A stretch of DNA of 64,000 nucleotides from the human T2T-CHM13v2.0 reference genome, Homo sapiens. The notes beneath the pieces were generated by a model. The model saw only the letters and a list, made by a program, of their open reading frames with translations. It made no database searches and had not been told where the DNA came from. The stretch lies in the NCBI RefSeq assembly GCF_009914755.1, contig NC_060941.1, one strand, 5' to 3'. A program made the position numbers and the translations under genes. Of the stretch, positions 60,452 to 64,000 are shown one piece after another; the first letter of the stretch is position 1; every line of letters begins with the position of its first letter.

Positions 60452-61287
60452 TCACCCCCCAGGGCCTGGATCAAAGCCCAGTGCACAGAGGGGCTCCACA
60501 AAACCACACCAGTCACCTGGCACCACCAGGGTGGACCCCCAGACCAGGGTAGGCCCCAGCCTGTATTGAGACAATAAGCAGACACAGTCCTGCAAAGCTA
60601 GGCCCAGCAACCCAGCCTGCAGCAGTGGAGATGCATTGATTTGCATCTGAAAATAAGCTGCATCTGTATCTGCCACTGCTTCAAAAGGAGAGAAAAAAGG
60701 GGTTGTTAGCAAAGCTGGTGGGCAGGGTTGCAAAAGGAGGCTGAGTCTGTGGCTAACTGGGTTGTGCGCCGCATCAGACATTTGTTCATCTGTCCTAAGA
60801 GCCTGAGGGTGGTGGAGATGTTTGATGACAAATAAGGTGGTTGAGGGGGTCAGGGGTGCCAGAAGGACCACAGAGGCCACACGGGAAGACAGAAGCTTTG
60901 GATGGGGCTGCTTCCTGCCCTGGGGATGAGGAACAGGTGAGGGGGCGGGTGAGCAGGTGTCGAGGGAGGGGTGACTTGAGGCTGACAGTGCACTCCTCAG
61001 AGTGGCAATTCCATGCAGCCTGCTGTGCACCTGTCAGCCTCTTGTCATCACAAACTTTTAAAAAGCCCAGAAGATGCATGCATGTCTCTGCGCTCACAGA
61101 TCCACATGTAAAGTTATTCTCCATGGAGGTTCCCACAGCACGCACCCAGACATGTACCATAAAGCAAATCTCCCTAACTGTCCAGCCGTAGGGAGGGACA
61201 GGTTCACCATGTGGCAGGATGTTAGGAGCCTTTACAAAGAAAGACACGAAGCTGTAGGAAGAGAACACAGAAGTTCCAGAATGGTAG

Positions 61288-61704
<417 letters not shown>

Positions 61705-61735
61705 TGAGCCCAGCCGTATACCAAACTCTTAATAG

Positions 61736-62617
61736 TGTGAACCCAAAATATATGAAACAGGTCTCAGTTAGTTTAGAAAGCTTATTTTGCCAAGGTTAAG
61801 GACATGCCCATAACACAGCCTCAGGAGGTCCTGATGACATGTGCCCAATGTGGTCGGGGTACAGCTTGCTTTCCTTTTTATTTTTTTTCTTTTCTTTCCT
61901 TTTTTTTTTTTTTTTTTTGAGACAGAGTTTCGCTCTTGTCATCCAGGCTGGAGTGCAATGATGTGATCTCAGCTCACCAAAACCTCCGCCTCCTGGGTTC
62001 AAGCTATTCTCCTGCCTCAGCCTCCCAAGTAGCTGGGACTACAGGCATGCGCCACCACGCCCGGGTTAATTTTGTATTTTTAGTAGAGACGAGGCTTCTC
62101 CATGTTGGTCAGGCTGTTCTCAAACTTCTGACCTCAGGTGATCCACCTGCCTCGGCCTCCCAAAGTGTTGGGATTACAGGCGTGAGCCACTGCACTTGGC
62201 CGCTTTCATACATTTTAGGAAGACAATACATCAATCAATACAGGCAAGGTTTACATTGGTTTGATCTGGAAGGGCAGGACAATTCAAAGTAGGGTGCAGC
62301 TTCCAGAGGTCAGATTTTAAAACTTTCTGATTGGCAATTGATTGAAAGAGTTATTATCGGTAGAAAGGAATGTCTGGGTTATGATAAGAGGTTGTGAAGA
62401 CCTAGGTTTTGTCACACAGACGAAGCCTCCAAGTAGCAGGATTTAGGGAGAATAGACTGTATTGTTTCTTATCAGACCTAAGGTCCCCGTTGGTGTGAAT
62501 GCTGGAGGGTATAATGAGGCATCTCCCACCCCCTCTTCCATCGTGGCCTGACTAGATTTTCAGGTAACCCTGGAATGCCTTTGGCCAAGAGGAGGGGTCC
62601 ATTATTTTTGGTTTACA
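61736..62617 (-). mobile_element. MER4A-like ERV1 solo LTR interrupted by an Alu (61875-62201)
   Basis: Termini TGTGAACCCAAAATA...TTTTTGGTTTACA; MER4-type internal motifs; gctttc duplicated around the Alu. Confidence 0.75.
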
Positions 62618-64000
62618 ACAGTGAGAAGTGAGTTGGGGGAGAATTGGACTTTTGTTTGGGTTCTATTTTATACACATCTCTATTGTTTGGATATTCTGCA
62701 GCAAACATTACAAATTTTTTTAAATGCTGAAGTCAAATTGATGCCTTCAAGTCTATGAACGCTGTCATCCCAGCAAAGCACAGTGCACCTGCTTTCCCAT
62801 GTGTTCTGGGCATGTCCTCACAAGTTGGGGTGAGACAGAGTTGATCCCTCTGCCACTCTGCCCACTCCTGCCAATGGCTGTGCTTCCTGGCAAGTCATTG
62901 GCTCTTCTGAGCCTCAGTGTGCCCACCCATAATGCAGGCAGAGGCATCTCAGAAGCTCCAGAGTCACTGGGAAATGGCACATGGGGTGGCAGGAAGGTGG
63001 GAGGGGGAGAGAACAAGAAGGCACTATGTTAGCAAAACTCAGCATGAGGGAGGGCCAGCTGCAGCCCAGCTCCTTGGCTGCAACCACAAGGGAGGGCAGG
63101 GAAAGAAGAGGAAGGAAAGAAAAAAGGAGAGGAGCCAGGCCTGGTGGTTCACTTTGGGAGGCTAAAGAGGGCAGATCACTTGAGGCTGGGAGTTCGAGAC
63201 CAGCCTGGTCAACATGGTGAAACCCCATCTCTACTAAAAATACAAAAATTAGCAAGGCTTGGTGGTGTGCATCTGTAGTTCCACCTACTTAGGAGGCTGA
63301 GGCAGGAGGATCGCTTGAACCTGGGAGGTGGAGGCTGCAGTGAGCCAAGATTGTGCCACTGCACTCCAGCCTAAGCTACAGAGTGAGACTCCATCTGAAA
63401 AAAAAAAAAGAGAGAAAAGAAAAGAAAGAAGAGGAAGGGCTACTGCACTCTGGACTCAGTGCCCTCCTTGGTCTCACACCCTTGCTGACCTCCCTCCTGG
63501 CACATGAGGTCTTCATGCTGCTCAGGCCCATGGCTGACCTCCTCTCCTCTGGAGTGGTCCATCCCTACCAGATCTCCTCCTGTCCAGCTGAGCAGACCAG
63601 GCCTATACAGGCTGCTTCTGGCTCCACTGAGGCCCAGGAGCTTACACCTTTGGACCGGGTGTCAAAAGTGTCCTTCTTATTAGCAAAAAGAATTTTGGAG
63701 GGAAAAACAAATGACATCCTCAGACATCCTAGGGCAGAGTCAGAAGCAGAGAGGAGACTGAATGGGCTCGGGTGGGTGTGGAAGGTCACTGCAGGCCGCC
63801 ATAGGACAGGCCTGGGCTCACAGGAGCAGGATGTGGGGAGGGGGATTGCCAGGCAGGGGTGGGGACCAAAGTGAAGGCCACCTGGTGGGAGCCAGTCAGA
63901 GGGGTGGGGCAGGGTTAGATCACAAGGGAATCCAATGCCAGGGGGCCAGGGGATGTTTTGCAATGTGGGCAACTGAACCTGAGATGTGACAAGACCAGTG

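Overview
Human, Alu-dense euchromatic DNA carrying the complete WSB1 gene (WD40 repeat/SOCS-box E3 ligase substrate receptor; from recall the locus is 17q11.1). I assembled nine + strand coding exons by hand from GT/AG boundaries (25802..43790, 1266 nt, 421 aa). There is also an alternative intron-5 exon giving a 244-aa form, a CpG-island promoter with the divergent MIR4522 hairpin, and an Alu-containing 3' UTR. Upstream lie processed RPL34 and RPS16 pseudogenes, an ERV-L internal fragment, a tiny SVA, THE1, Tigger and MER30 elements. Downstream lie solo LTRs (LTR2/HERV-E, MER4-type, MLT1). Most ORFs in the supplied track are Alu artefacts. Top leads: (1) a CpG-retaining, stop-containing exon in TE-free intron 5 with hairpins over both candidate splice boundaries; (2) a ~225-bp local copy of an Alu 3' end plus unique flank that stops at the first T-run and sits between 19-bp direct repeats; (3) an orphan ETS/ZNF143/YY1 promoter-like element near 7.0-7.5 kb; (4) an HRE-bearing LTR2 pointing back at WSB1; (5) an open ERV-L/RPL34 chimeric ORF. 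Repeat family names and isoform identities come from recalled consensus sequences, not searches.
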